This document shows positions 51,292-60,884 of a stretch of DNA of 64,000 bases, in pieces (position 1 is the stretch's first letter; each line of letters opens with the position of its first letter). The notes beneath the pieces were generated by a model that saw only the letters and a list, made by a program, of their open reading frames with translations, made no database searches and was not told the origin of the DNA. The translations under genes and the position numbers were made by a program. This stretch comes from a virus: the IMG/VR virus record IMGVR_UViG_3300000176_000001; one strand, 5' to 3'.

Positions 51292-52692
51292 CTACATAAG
51301 ATTGTTAACAACGATACGGCGATAATACTTGTTAGTATTGAAAGCAAGTTCGCCAGCACCCTTTGTAAGACCCTCAGCGAATGGATTTGCAACCATTCCG
51401 TAACGAGTCTTGAAGCCAATCTTTGGCTGGAAGGTTGACTGATCAACCGCACGAACCATCTGTAGAGGAACGTATGGGCAGTAGAATAGACCGGCATCGA
51501 ATGCCGAAGAACCCTTATAACCAACGGTGAGGTAGTTACCACCGATTGCATATGGATCAATGTAAACACGTAGGCGACCGTTTAGAACACCTGCGAAGGT
51601 GTTGCCCGTGTCGTCAACTTGTAGGTTGTTGCTGTTAAGAGCAGGTGTGTAGTCAAGAACACCAGCCATCTGAAGTGCCGAAGCAACGTCCGACGAGCAG
51701 ATGACGATGTTACCCTTGCCACGACGTGTCTGCTTGGCAATTTGGTTAGCTTCGCGCTCGAGCTGGAACATAAGACCCTTGAACTTCTCAACTGACCAAC
51801 GACCGTTAGAGTCGGTATCAAGATCGAACACGCCAGCAGTTGTTGTGTTTTCCTGAGCACCAGCAACAGCAGTGATGTTGATTGTACGAACAACTTCACG
51901 ATTGATTTCCGCAAGGATTTCAGACGAGAGGATGTTTGTTAGCTCTGTCTCAGCGTCAAGGCCGTGAATTGCCTTAAGATCCTGAGCAAGCTCCATGGTG
52001 TATTCAGCCTTGAGGGCACGTGTCTTAGCAGTGACAGTTACCTTCTCAATTGTGAATGCCATCTGGTTGAAGTTGTTACCAGAGTCAACACCAAGCGACT
52101 CAGCAAGAGCTGTTGGGATAGCCGAACCAGTGTTGTAGGTAGCAGTGTTCACCATTGGGCTGGTGTTTGTCTGACCTGGGATTGTACCGAATGCACCCTG
52201 ACCGAAGGTCGAGTTACCCGATAGAGCGTTTGTACCGGTAGCGAATGCTGTATTAACTTCGTTGTAGAAGGTTTCGTTATCCTGCATCTGACCGTTTGAA
52301 TAGCCGTTTGCACCAGTCTGGTTAGCATAGCGCGAGCGCATTGCGAAGATAAGGCCGGTTGGACCAGTCATTGGCTGAACGCCGCAGATGTCATAAGCAA
52401 TGAGGTTAGGCATTGCACGACGTACGAGCGAGATCAATACTGGGTCGAAGGTGTCAATACCACCAGCGCCAGCCGCCGAGCTCGATGTACCCATGAAGTT
52501 AACAGGGGTAGCCGAAACGGTTTCGTTAAGAGTTGAATAACCACCGTGAGCACTTGCTTCACGGACGGCTAGCTCGGTATTCTCGAGCATTACTGCAGTT
52601 ACAGAGCGGCGGGTCTGGTCTTGGATCTTTGGTAGATCCGCGTGCTCCAGAATTGGCTGCCACTTTCTTTGGATTTCCTCAGCTAGATACAT
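51292..52692 (-). CDS. 23: Major capsid protein gp23
   Basis: VRRAMPNLIAYDICGVQPMTGPTG, ELAQDLKAIHGLDAE, GFKTRYG; late promoter at 52725-52732. Confidence 0.98.
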   Translation of the reverse strand: MYLAEEIQRKWQPILEHADLPKIQDQTRRSVTAVMLENTELAVREASAHGGYSTLNETVSATPVNFMGTSSSAAGAGGIDTFDPVLISLVRRAMPNLIAYDICGVQPMTGPTGLIFAMRSRYANQTGANGYSNGQMQDNETFYNEVNTAFATGTNALSGNSTFGQGAFGTIPGQTNTSPMVNTATYNTGSAIPTALAESLGVDSGNNFNQMAFTIEKVTVTAKTRALKAEYTMELAQDLKAIHGLDAETELTNILSSEILAEINREVVRTINITAVAGAQENTTTAGVFDLDTDSNGRWSVEKFKGLMFQLEREANQIAKQTRRGKGNIVICSSDVASALQMAGVLDYTPALNSNNLQVDDTGNTFAGVLNGRLRVYIDPYAIGGNYLTVGYKGSSAFDAGLFYCPYVPLQMVRAVDQSTFQPKIGFKTRYGMVANPFAEGLTKGAGELAFNTNKYYRRIVVNNLM

Positions 52693-52738
52693 TAGTGTCT
52701 CCTTTTCTTATCTAGGACGTATTTTATTTATATAAGTG

Positions 52739-54112
52739 TTACTTTTTAATTGATCTTGAGATAGCTTGAACGTACTTGCTGACTGTTGGGTCTAAGTGCA
52801 CGGTCTCAGTTGATGTCTCACCTTCAAATGACTCTTCTATAATATTTGTAGAAGCAGGCGCTTTCTTGTCAGATCCGAAATAGTTCTCCTTGATGATGGA
52901 GAGCTTCTTCTGATATGTACCTAAGTCACCATCAAAGTCGATACCCTCTGAAAGAGCGGCAAACTTCTCTTGCTGCGAGAGAGCTAGGTCTTCCATCATG
53001 GAATCCAATAGTCTCTCTTTTTCTACCTCAACGAAAGCCTTCTTAAGCTCTACGTTTTCGGAGATCAATGCGTCGTGCTTGCCCTCGAGCTCTTCGACCT
53101 TCTCGGCCATTGTCTCGAGAACATCTACCTTGTCTTGTGGGACATCGATATAGTGTTCTGCAAATAGACCCTTCATACCTTCGATAAAGTCAGCAACAAG
53201 TTCATTGCGGAGTGTTGACTCAACAGCGACTTCATTTTCCTTCATCCAGTTCTCAACTACGTAGTCGAGATAGGTGTCTACCTTGTTTGTTACTTCTTCC
53301 ATGATGCTCTCAACAGCTTCATTGAGGCTGAGCTCATACTCTTCCTCAAGACGTGCAATCTCGAGAGTTGCGCGTGCATTAACAGCAGCTTCGAAGATTG
53401 TCGTAGCCTTTTCCTTGAACTCTTCTGAGAGATCATCTTGGCCAGCAAACATCTCTTCGACATCTTCCTTAACGCCAAGCTTTGGCATAGGCATCTTTGT
53501 CTTAGGACCTGTTGCACCCTTCATATCGATAGAAGACATGTTCTTAGCAGAGTTATCACCAACACCGTAATCCTTACCAGGACCGAACTGAGCCATTGTC
53601 TCGTGATACCACTTGACAAGGTCTTCCTTCTTCATGGCGTGCATGTGACCGATAGCATGTTGGATCACTTCAATCTTCGACTTAGGGTCGGCGACTGAGC
53701 GGGCACCAGGCTTAAGAGATTCTGCAGCGGATGTTGCTTCATCAACCTGTTGAGTATAATACTCAACTTCTTCTGAATAATTCTTCTTAGAGAGTCCTTT
53801 TTTAAAATTAGAATGCTCTTTATCTCCAAGAACATGTTTTATCTTTTGATGTGAATCAGAATCTCCAGTTTGTGAGTTGTCAGCATGAACAGCTGATTGA
53901 ATATGGCTATGAATAGCATCAGCAGTATCTTTACCATGAGAAGTTTCAATTTTAGACTTTATATCACTTGCTCTCTTTTTACTACTTCTGATAGTAGCAG
54001 GACTTAGATCACTTTCATGACCATAGTGCACATTACCAAGATGGTGATACATACTAGCTGCCATATGACCTAAACTAGCTTCTGAGATATCTTCTATATT
54101 TTCGTTAGACAT
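52739..54112 (-). CDS. 22: Prohead scaffold gp22 with an extra N-terminal His-rich module
   Basis: LSEEFKEKATTIFEAAV, YLDYVVENW, LFAEHYIDVP; late promoter at 54140-54147. Confidence 0.92.
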   Translation of the reverse strand: MSNENIEDISEASLGHMAASMYHHLGNVHYGHESDLSPATIRSSKKRASDIKSKIETSHGKDTADAIHSHIQSAVHADNSQTGDSDSHQKIKHVLGDKEHSNFKKGLSKKNYSEEVEYYTQQVDEATSAAESLKPGARSVADPKSKIEVIQHAIGHMHAMKKEDLVKWYHETMAQFGPGKDYGVGDNSAKNMSSIDMKGATGPKTKMPMPKLGVKEDVEEMFAGQDDLSEEFKEKATTIFEAAVNARATLEIARLEEEYELSLNEAVESIMEEVTNKVDTYLDYVVENWMKENEVAVESTLRNELVADFIEGMKGLFAEHYIDVPQDKVDVLETMAEKVEELEGKHDALISENVELKKAFVEVEKERLLDSMMEDLALSQQEKFAALSEGIDFDGDLGTYQKKLSIIKENYFGSDKKAPASTNIIEESFEGETSTETVHLDPTVSKYVQAISRSIKK

Positions 54113-54151
54113 TTAAGGTCTCCTTCTAGAATTTGTAATTATTTATAAAAA

Positions 54152-54820
54152 TTATCTCTTAAACGCCAAAGAATTCAGATAGTCCTCGAAGATCGCCATC
54201 TTACTCTCATCGAGTTTTGATTTACTCATCTTATGAATCATCTTCTTCGTGTTGTCTAATTTCTCTTCTAACCATGTATCCTTTACAGGATCATAGAGCC
54301 ACTCTACATTCTCCATGATACCCTTAACATAGGCATCAGGAGCAGATGGATCAGCGACAATGTCAGCTGCAGTAGCAAGACGAAAATCATCTTGTACTTC
54401 CATCACACCATCCTTAGATGGCTTTAGTGATCCAAGTCCACGAGATGAGACGCCGAGATTTGCGCCTGACTTCATTAGACCTTTGGCTATGTTACCCATC
54501 GGTGTGTCGGTCAACTTGGCCTTACCGATCCAATTATCGCCGTCTCTTTGTAAATCAACAACTATATGAGACACGCGATCTAGATTAATGCTGGGACCCT
54601 GTGGGTGACCCAGCTCACCATATGCACGTGACTTCTTTACGACATCATTCATATAGCGATTAACTTCATTTTCCATAATGTGTGCAGGATAGCGACGTCC
54701 ATTACGATTCTTAACATTTGCCTGAAGGAACACGCCATGTATATAGTGTTCTTTCTCACCAGACTCTCTAGCCTCAGTGATATACTCTAGTTGCTCAAAT
54801 AACTCCGTGATTAACTTCAT
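54152..54820 (-). CDS. 21: Prohead protease gp21
   Basis: NRNGRRYP, GELGHP, GVSSRGLGS, DIVADPSAP. Confidence 0.96.
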   Translation of the reverse strand: MKLITELFEQLEYITEARESGEKEHYIHGVFLQANVKNRNGRRYPAHIMENEVNRYMNDVVKKSRAYGELGHPQGPSINLDRVSHIVVDLQRDGDNWIGKAKLTDTPMGNIAKGLMKSGANLGVSSRGLGSLKPSKDGVMEVQDDFRLATAADIVADPSAPDAYVKGIMENVEWLYDPVKDTWLEEKLDNTKKMIHKMSKSKLDESKMAIFEDYLNSLAFKR

Positions 54821-54821
54821 C

Positions 54822-55100
54822 TTATGCTCCAGTAAATGCTACAGGGACAACTTGAACAGACGAGTCAGTTGCATTAGATGAAAGATAATCTGTTGGATTC
54901 TTTACTAGTAAAACTTCTTGACCACCAACAACGCTGATGCTATATTTAGCCGAGTTGTTTGCATAGTAGCATGTGACAAGGTGACCACCAGTTGATGATC
55001 CAATTGTTGTGACTCTAACTAGAGTAGCAGCATTATATGTATTGGTAGTAACAGTATTACATACTGCTTCTAATGCTAATGGCTTTAAAATGTGAGTCAT
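54822..55100 (-). CDS. Hypothetical beta-rich structural protein
   Basis: 92 aa ORF in the head operon. Confidence 0.6.
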   Translation of the reverse strand: MTHILKPLALEAVCNTVTTNTYNAATLVRVTTIGSSTGGHLVTCYYANNSAKYSISVVGGQEVLLVKNPTDYLSSNATDSSVQVVPVAFTGA

Positions 55101-55102
55101 GC

Positions 55103-56107
55103 TTATATCCTACCTGTGTCTACAGTTGACGACGGAAATGTCATTGGTGTGTCAGCTGGTGCTTGCTCATCTTCCTCATCAGGGTGATCACCAAAGATCA
55201 TATAGTCGTGCACATCAGACACGTAACTCTTTGCTTGAGCAATCTTGGCTTGTACCCAAGGCTCAACGTGCATTCCTTGTGGCATAGCCATCGCGAGGTG
55301 CATTGCCTTATTAGCAAGTGCCTTTAGCTCTGACTTAACCATCTCCTCGGCTCCGTCAGTGTCACCGCGAGGAACAGCCTCTTGAATTGTCTCTTCATTC
55401 TGCTTCTTGTAGTAAGCAGCTAGAGCCATCTGCTTGCGCTTCTCTTTTGACTTACCGGCAAACTTAGGATTATCAGAGTGAACGAAGTCATGAATAGTCT
55501 CACCAGCAGAGGTTGACTTAGTTAAGACTTCATCAAGCTCTACATCTTCACCCATTTCTTTCTTAGACATACCAGCAGCTTTTACTTTTGGTTTATTACC
55601 GAGTTCATCACCGCCTAGAATTTTCTTTAGAGCAAGATTCATTCCAGCTTTACGCTTTTCACCTTTTTCAGGATCACGTCTCTCAGGAGCAGCTGCGTGT
55701 CTATAACGCATAAGAGAGTCAGAAGACACTTCATCTAGTTCATCTTCTTTAATAGTCTTCATATCATAGCACTCTGCCATGCCGTGTACTGGACACGCAA
55801 CACCTTTAGCAGAGTGGTTGCACTGCATGTCCTCAGCTTTTTTTGCTTCGTAGACCTTCTTGTCATCACCCTTCTTGTGGCCATGGCGCTTCTCATCAGA
55901 GAAGTTTAAGTCATACTTTGTCTTAGCACCTGCATTAGGCTCATTACCTACACGATCCTCATGGTCCTCAATCTCGTGCTTAGCAACGAATCTGTCTTCG
56001 TCTCCAGCCTTTGGCTTATAGTCGACACCTGGATCTTTACCTATTGATAAAGGTCCTTTCTTAGATGACTTAACACCCTGTAAGATGTCTTTAAGCTGCT
56101 TCGGCAT
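55103..56107 (-). CDS. Modular prohead-core-region protein
   Basis: Lies between gp20 and gp21; repeated LDE/IQE motifs; DFVHSDNPKFAGKSKEKRKQMALAAYY module. Confidence 0.65.
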   Translation of the reverse strand: MPKQLKDILQGVKSSKKGPLSIGKDPGVDYKPKAGDEDRFVAKHEIEDHEDRVGNEPNAGAKTKYDLNFSDEKRHGHKKGDDKKVYEAKKAEDMQCNHSAKGVACPVHGMAECYDMKTIKEDELDEVSSDSLMRYRHAAAPERRDPEKGEKRKAGMNLALKKILGGDELGNKPKVKAAGMSKKEMGEDVELDEVLTKSTSAGETIHDFVHSDNPKFAGKSKEKRKQMALAAYYKKQNEETIQEAVPRGDTDGAEEMVKSELKALANKAMHLAMAMPQGMHVEPWVQAKIAQAKSYVSDVHDYMIFGDHPDEEDEQAPADTPMTFPSSTVDTGRI

Positions 56108-56291
56108 CGGCTGTGTCCTCTTCTTGTCCGCTAAAAACTGTTCTAGCCATCTCTATTTTTTTATCGTCGATGGCTAATGCTATTCTATCTGTTATAAGAG
56201 ACTTAAATGCATCCTCGAACTCGATAGGCTTTTGATCGAGTGAGAATTTTACTAAGTCGCTAGTTGTATATTCTGTCATCATAATCTCCAA
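56091..56291 (-). CDS. Small acidic prohead core protein (gp67 position)
   Basis: Immediately downstream of the portal gene. Confidence 0.6.
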   Translation of the reverse strand: MEIMMTEYTTSDLVKFSLDQKPIEFEDAFKSLITDRIALAIDDKKIEMARTVFSGQEEDTADAEAA

Positions 56292-58028
56292 CTATTTATT
56301 TTTTGCTAAGATTTGAACTGCTGATTTATATTTAGCTTGATCTTGAAGTGATCTTCCACCCTTCTTAGCTCCTAGGAGTTTAACGGTGGCTTCAGCATCT
56401 CTTATCTTTTGATTTTGCTGGTCAGTCTCTGGAGTAGCATCAGTCGCTTCATCATCTGCAAGAGGATTCATATCTTGACCTTGATCACCCATTCCCTGCA
56501 TCTGCATTTCTTGCTGCATAGGAGACAACCAGCGTTCATCACCAGAGTTAGCCTCCTCGTCAATCTGCTCATCCATCTCCTCGATGTCCTCGTCAGACTG
56601 CTGCAAGATATTCTTACGTGCCCACTCATGTGACCAGTACTTACCTAGGAACTCTTGAACGTTGCGAACTAGGTTCACACGGTTCTCGATCATCTCGCCA
56701 TCCTTGAGCTCGGCGAAGTAATTGTCCTTAGAGAAGTCATACTTAATATCCTGTTGGATATTATCAAAGTCCTCAATAGACATGACCTGCTTAAGCACTA
56801 GTTGCTTCTCGAGCATTCTGGTAAATAGGACTGCAAACTTATTACGAAGGCGTGATATGAATCTATCAAACTTAAGCTCGTCTCTAGTCACCTCTGTAGC
56901 ACGACCAAGTGAGAACAAGGCATCTGAATTGAGGCGATTAATAGGAACGTTAAGTGTCTGATATAGTTTCTTTTGGAAGTATAGAACATCATCCATCTGT
57001 CCGAGTGTCTGACCACCAGGAAGTGTTGTCACCTCTGTACCTCTACCACCCTCGCGGCGTGGTAGCCAGTAATCTTCCAACATAGTCATAAACTTACGAT
57101 CGTCGCGAACCTCGCCGGTCGCGCCGTCATAGATAAGACGATTCTTATGCTTTGTCATGATGTCTTTAAGGTACTGCTCAGCCTTCATCTTAGGAAGGTT
57201 ACCAACGTCAATGTACCAAACGCGACGCTCAGGCGCTCTTGCCAGTCTGTAGATGACAAGTGCATCTTCCAGAGTCCTCAGCTGGTTTAGCGCCTTGATA
57301 GCTTTATGCATGTAAGAGAGAACCATAGTTCCCTGGGTATCAGTAAGACCAGATGTAACATGTAGAATTGCATCCTTAGCAATCTTTAGACCCGATGTTG
57401 CAGGTCCAACTGTCTTATTACCGTAGTTAAATCCCTTGTCATTGAATACATAGTACTCGTTCTGTACTTTTTGTATGTATGACTCATTGGTGACGTCACC
57501 TTTAACTTTTTGCTTCTGAATCTCGCGTACCTTGCGGATCTTACGTGGATCAATATATCTTACTTCCTTGATTCCCATTGTAGGGTCATTCTTGTCAATA
57601 AGAACATGGTAGTATAATCTACCATCTACATACCAGCGACGATAGATCTCATACGCGTGCTTTTGGAAGTCTAAGATATTAAGGATGTTTTTAAATTCTT
57701 CTCTGATAGCTTTCTTCAGAGCGTCGCTGATATCAATATTGTCTAGATTAATAGCTACGATATCATCTTCATCTACAGCCATCGTCTCATTAACGATCTC
57801 ATCGACTGCTGCGTCGACTTCTGGCTGCAGAGACATTTCTCTATATTTTGTAACTAGTTCTGCTTCTGTTCTTACTGTACCATCTAGATCGATGTACGTG
57901 CCGAAGCTTGCACCTGCCGCAACTACTACGGCCCCATCGTCTTGTTCTTTCGGAGCGAACGTAGCGATGGGGTCGTTAGGTAATTTTCTCTTAAACTCGA
58001 AACCGAATAATTCCATATTGCTCTCCAA
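56292..58028 (-). CDS. 20: Portal protein gp20
   Basis: RRWYVDGRLYYH, IYRLARAPERRVWYIDVGNLP, EDYWLPRREGGRGTE. Confidence 0.97.
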   Translation of the reverse strand: MESNMELFGFEFKRKLPNDPIATFAPKEQDDGAVVVAAGASFGTYIDLDGTVRTEAELVTKYREMSLQPEVDAAVDEIVNETMAVDEDDIVAINLDNIDISDALKKAIREEFKNILNILDFQKHAYEIYRRWYVDGRLYYHVLIDKNDPTMGIKEVRYIDPRKIRKVREIQKQKVKGDVTNESYIQKVQNEYYVFNDKGFNYGNKTVGPATSGLKIAKDAILHVTSGLTDTQGTMVLSYMHKAIKALNQLRTLEDALVIYRLARAPERRVWYIDVGNLPKMKAEQYLKDIMTKHKNRLIYDGATGEVRDDRKFMTMLEDYWLPRREGGRGTEVTTLPGGQTLGQMDDVLYFQKKLYQTLNVPINRLNSDALFSLGRATEVTRDELKFDRFISRLRNKFAVLFTRMLEKQLVLKQVMSIEDFDNIQQDIKYDFSKDNYFAELKDGEMIENRVNLVRNVQEFLGKYWSHEWARKNILQQSDEDIEEMDEQIDEEANSGDERWLSPMQQEMQMQGMGDQGQDMNPLADDEATDATPETDQQNQKIRDAEATVKLLGAKKGGRSLQDQAKYKSAVQILAKNK

Positions 58029-58096
58029 AAAGGAAGTGGCTAGTTATACAAGCCCCTTCCTGAAATAATATATCAAGAGGCTAACCTACTCTACTA

Positions 58097-58693
58097 TTAC
58101 GTAGAGATAGGAGATACAGCCTGTCCTAGGTAAGGATTAACGGTCTCACCGGCTGGTAACCAGTAGTCGTATGTAAATGTTGTAGTAAATGTTTCAATTT
58201 GGTTTTGCGAGTCCCAATCAAGAGCAATAGCATCTACAGTTGTAGGAAATGCTCCAATGATATCATATTGGCGAATTGTAGAACCATCTTTAGCATATTG
58301 TATAACACTTAGATCTGATTTATAAGAATTTTCATTTCCAGAATATGCAATGTCACGAACATTTGACTCTAGACGGTTTAGAGAGTTAGACCACTTCTCA
58401 AACATTGAGCGAACAAGGAAGTCCTCGTCGTTCATGATTGTGACTGTCCAGTCTGCAAATGTTCTATCACCAGCAACCTTGACCCTGCGTCCGAAGTAAG
58501 GAATCTCTACGTTACCGATAGTAGCTGCAGGGAGCTGAGCTGCCCTGCAGGTAAATCTAAACTTATCAGCAGATGTTTGATCTGCCCCGACCCCATCCGG
58601 AATTCTAAGATAAACTTCGAAAAGAGCCGGACGAGTTCCACCAAATGTTAGCCCTCTTGACTTAAAGGTACTAATATTGAAACCTGATGCCAT
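58097..58693 (-). CDS. 19: Tail tube protein gp19
   Basis: AAQLPA, GRRVKVAGDRTFADWTVTIMNDEDF. Confidence 0.95.
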   Translation of the reverse strand: MASGFNISTFKSRGLTFGGTRPALFEVYLRIPDGVGADQTSADKFRFTCRAAQLPAATIGNVEIPYFGRRVKVAGDRTFADWTVTIMNDEDFLVRSMFEKWSNSLNRLESNVRDIAYSGNENSYKSDLSVIQYAKDGSTIRQYDIIGAFPTTVDAIALDWDSQNQIETFTTTFTYDYWLPAGETVNPYLGQAVSPIST

Positions 58694-58721
58694 TTTTTGT
58701 TCTCCTTGTTATTCTTATTTA

Positions 58722-60839
58722 TCAGAACTGGCCGACGATTTCAGAGAACTGAACACCAGTGCGAACAGCAACAAAATTAAGCTGTATGTAGTTGATAGAA
58801 CGAGCTGGCTTGATGTAGATATCACCAATGAACTTGTTACCATCAATAACCTCAGCGGTATTGTTTGTTCCATCGCAGACGACTGTATAGTCGGTTATAC
58901 CGCGACGACCTTGAATATCTCTTAGATAAGGGTTAACTAAGGCTTTAAATTGAGCTCTTGTGAAGTCATCATTAAACTCGAATAAGAAGAATTTAGCCGC
59001 AGTAGCAATCGACTTTTCCAACACAATAAACAGACGACGCACGTTAATATGATCAAACGCTGAAGCCTTAGATTGAAGTGTCTTATCGCCGAATAGGATA
59101 GTTCCTTGACCAGGGAATGTAACAACTGGGTTAACATTGTTAGAGTAAAGAAGATCTCTATCTGCCTTTGAAGGGTTATAGCGAAGCTTTACAATGTTTT
59201 TAATCTGGCCACGATTAAATCCAGCAGGAGACCACCATGGATCGCGCGTATTATCAGTGCGAACACATAGGCCTGCTATATCACCGTTTACTGGAACATA
59301 ACGATATACATCATTGTAACGATCGTACATGTACTTATATCCAGAATCCATGACTGCATATGAGCTATCGTGTACAGCACCACGCCAGTTGACTAATGAT
59401 GTTGCCTCGGCTCCTGGATTAGATCTTATTAATGTATCATCTGGAGATATAACAACAACACAATCTTTTCTAACTTCAGCAATATTATCGATAAGATAGT
59501 TGGCTAGTTGGAAGTTATTTACTGTTTGTCCGCCAACCGTAGTTGTTCCACCAATTGGTTTACCTTGAAGAACAAGAGCAACGTCTACGTCTTCTGACGA
59601 TGCAAATTTATCATATCCTGCAGCAATAACGGAAAGTGAAGCTGTACTTTCGGTATAACCAGCAGTTCCACCAGTGAATGATAGTGTTAGTGGTCCTTGA
59701 TTACTTGAATTTGTAAGAGCGCTAGCTAAAGCAGATGTAGCACCTGATCTATCAGCTAGTGCCCAGATATACTTAGATGAGTTCTTAATAACAGCTTGAT
59801 AATAGTTGTCGGCTCCACCCTGTGCTGTAGCATCTGTAGCTCTTGACACATTGACATATGACTCTAGAACAATTCCAGGGGTTCCCGTAAACATTCCTTG
59901 GGAGTCAATCACAACAATATGCATACCGTCGACTATGTTTGGATTAGAAGATGCAGCTTGCCATGCAGTAGTAGTAGGAGGTGTTCCAACAACAGGAGAG
60001 TACTGCCATGAACGCTTAATTAGATTATTAGTAGCAGTGTCAGTATTATATGCTGTTGACAGCTTATAAGTTGATGTAAAAGATACATTAACCGAAGCAG
60101 TTGTATTACCAACGACGAATGCTGGAGTACCAATTGCAGACACTTGGAGCTGTTGGGTTCCAATAGTTGAGTTACCGATTGTTATAAAATCTCCAATTGC
60201 GAGATTGGCAACAAAAGATGCTGCATAACCATTTGCTTGTGTCTGAGTAACAGAAGCACTAGTGTTTGGTGTCACTATAATGACAGCTGTATTTGATCCG
60301 ATGGATATTGAGACATTTGCAGAAACATCAATAGCAGACTGGCTAGCTAGACCATTTGCGTATAGGTTGGATGAATAAGCATTAATGCTATCGCAGACGG
60401 AGACGGTTAGAGAGTTACCTATATCTCCAGGATATCTTGCTAAATATGCAACGTTGGCGTCAAATGTTCCAGCCTTTAACTCAAAATCTGAAGTATTTAA
60501 GACAACTGGATTAGCTGCTACTGTTCCAACGTTTGCGTAAGAGTTTCTTGCTGCAATACTACCAGATGCCGAAGCAGAAGTATTAGCTGCACGCACTACA
60601 TATAGACTATTTCCATATGATAAGAAATTAGATGCAGTGTACCATGTCTCGTAGTTATTTGCATTTGGAGAACCAAATTGTGATACTAATTTTGTCTCGG
60701 TATCTATGAGTATGCGCTGGTTAACTGGACCCCAACTAAAAATACCAGCAATAGCACCTGTAGATGTTGCAACTGCCGGAACAATAGATGTTAGGTCAAC
60801 CTCGGTAACGTTTACTCCAGGGCTAAGCTGAAATGCCAT
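58722..60839 (-). CDS. 18: Tail sheath protein gp18
   Basis: QLSPGVNVTEVDL, PWWSPAGFNRG, INVRRLF, KPARSINYIQLNF; late promoter at 60882-60889. Confidence 0.97.
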   Translation of the reverse strand: MAFQLSPGVNVTEVDLTSIVPAVATSTGAIAGIFSWGPVNQRILIDTETKLVSQFGSPNANNYETWYTASNFLSYGNSLYVVRAANTSASASGSIAARNSYANVGTVAANPVVLNTSDFELKAGTFDANVAYLARYPGDIGNSLTVSVCDSINAYSSNLYANGLASQSAIDVSANVSISIGSNTAVIIVTPNTSASVTQTQANGYAASFVANLAIGDFITIGNSTIGTQQLQVSAIGTPAFVVGNTTASVNVSFTSTYKLSTAYNTDTATNNLIKRSWQYSPVVGTPPTTTAWQAASSNPNIVDGMHIVVIDSQGMFTGTPGIVLESYVNVSRATDATAQGGADNYYQAVIKNSSKYIWALADRSGATSALASALTNSSNQGPLTLSFTGGTAGYTESTASLSVIAAGYDKFASSEDVDVALVLQGKPIGGTTTVGGQTVNNFQLANYLIDNIAEVRKDCVVVISPDDTLIRSNPGAEATSLVNWRGAVHDSSYAVMDSGYKYMYDRYNDVYRYVPVNGDIAGLCVRTDNTRDPWWSPAGFNRGQIKNIVKLRYNPSKADRDLLYSNNVNPVVTFPGQGTILFGDKTLQSKASAFDHINVRRLFIVLEKSIATAAKFFLFEFNDDFTRAQFKALVNPYLRDIQGRRGITDYTVVCDGTNNTAEVIDGNKFIGDIYIKPARSINYIQLNFVAVRTGVQFSEIVGQF

Positions 60840-60884
60840 CTTTATCTCCTTCCATGGAAAAGGCTTTGAGTTTATTTGTTATAT

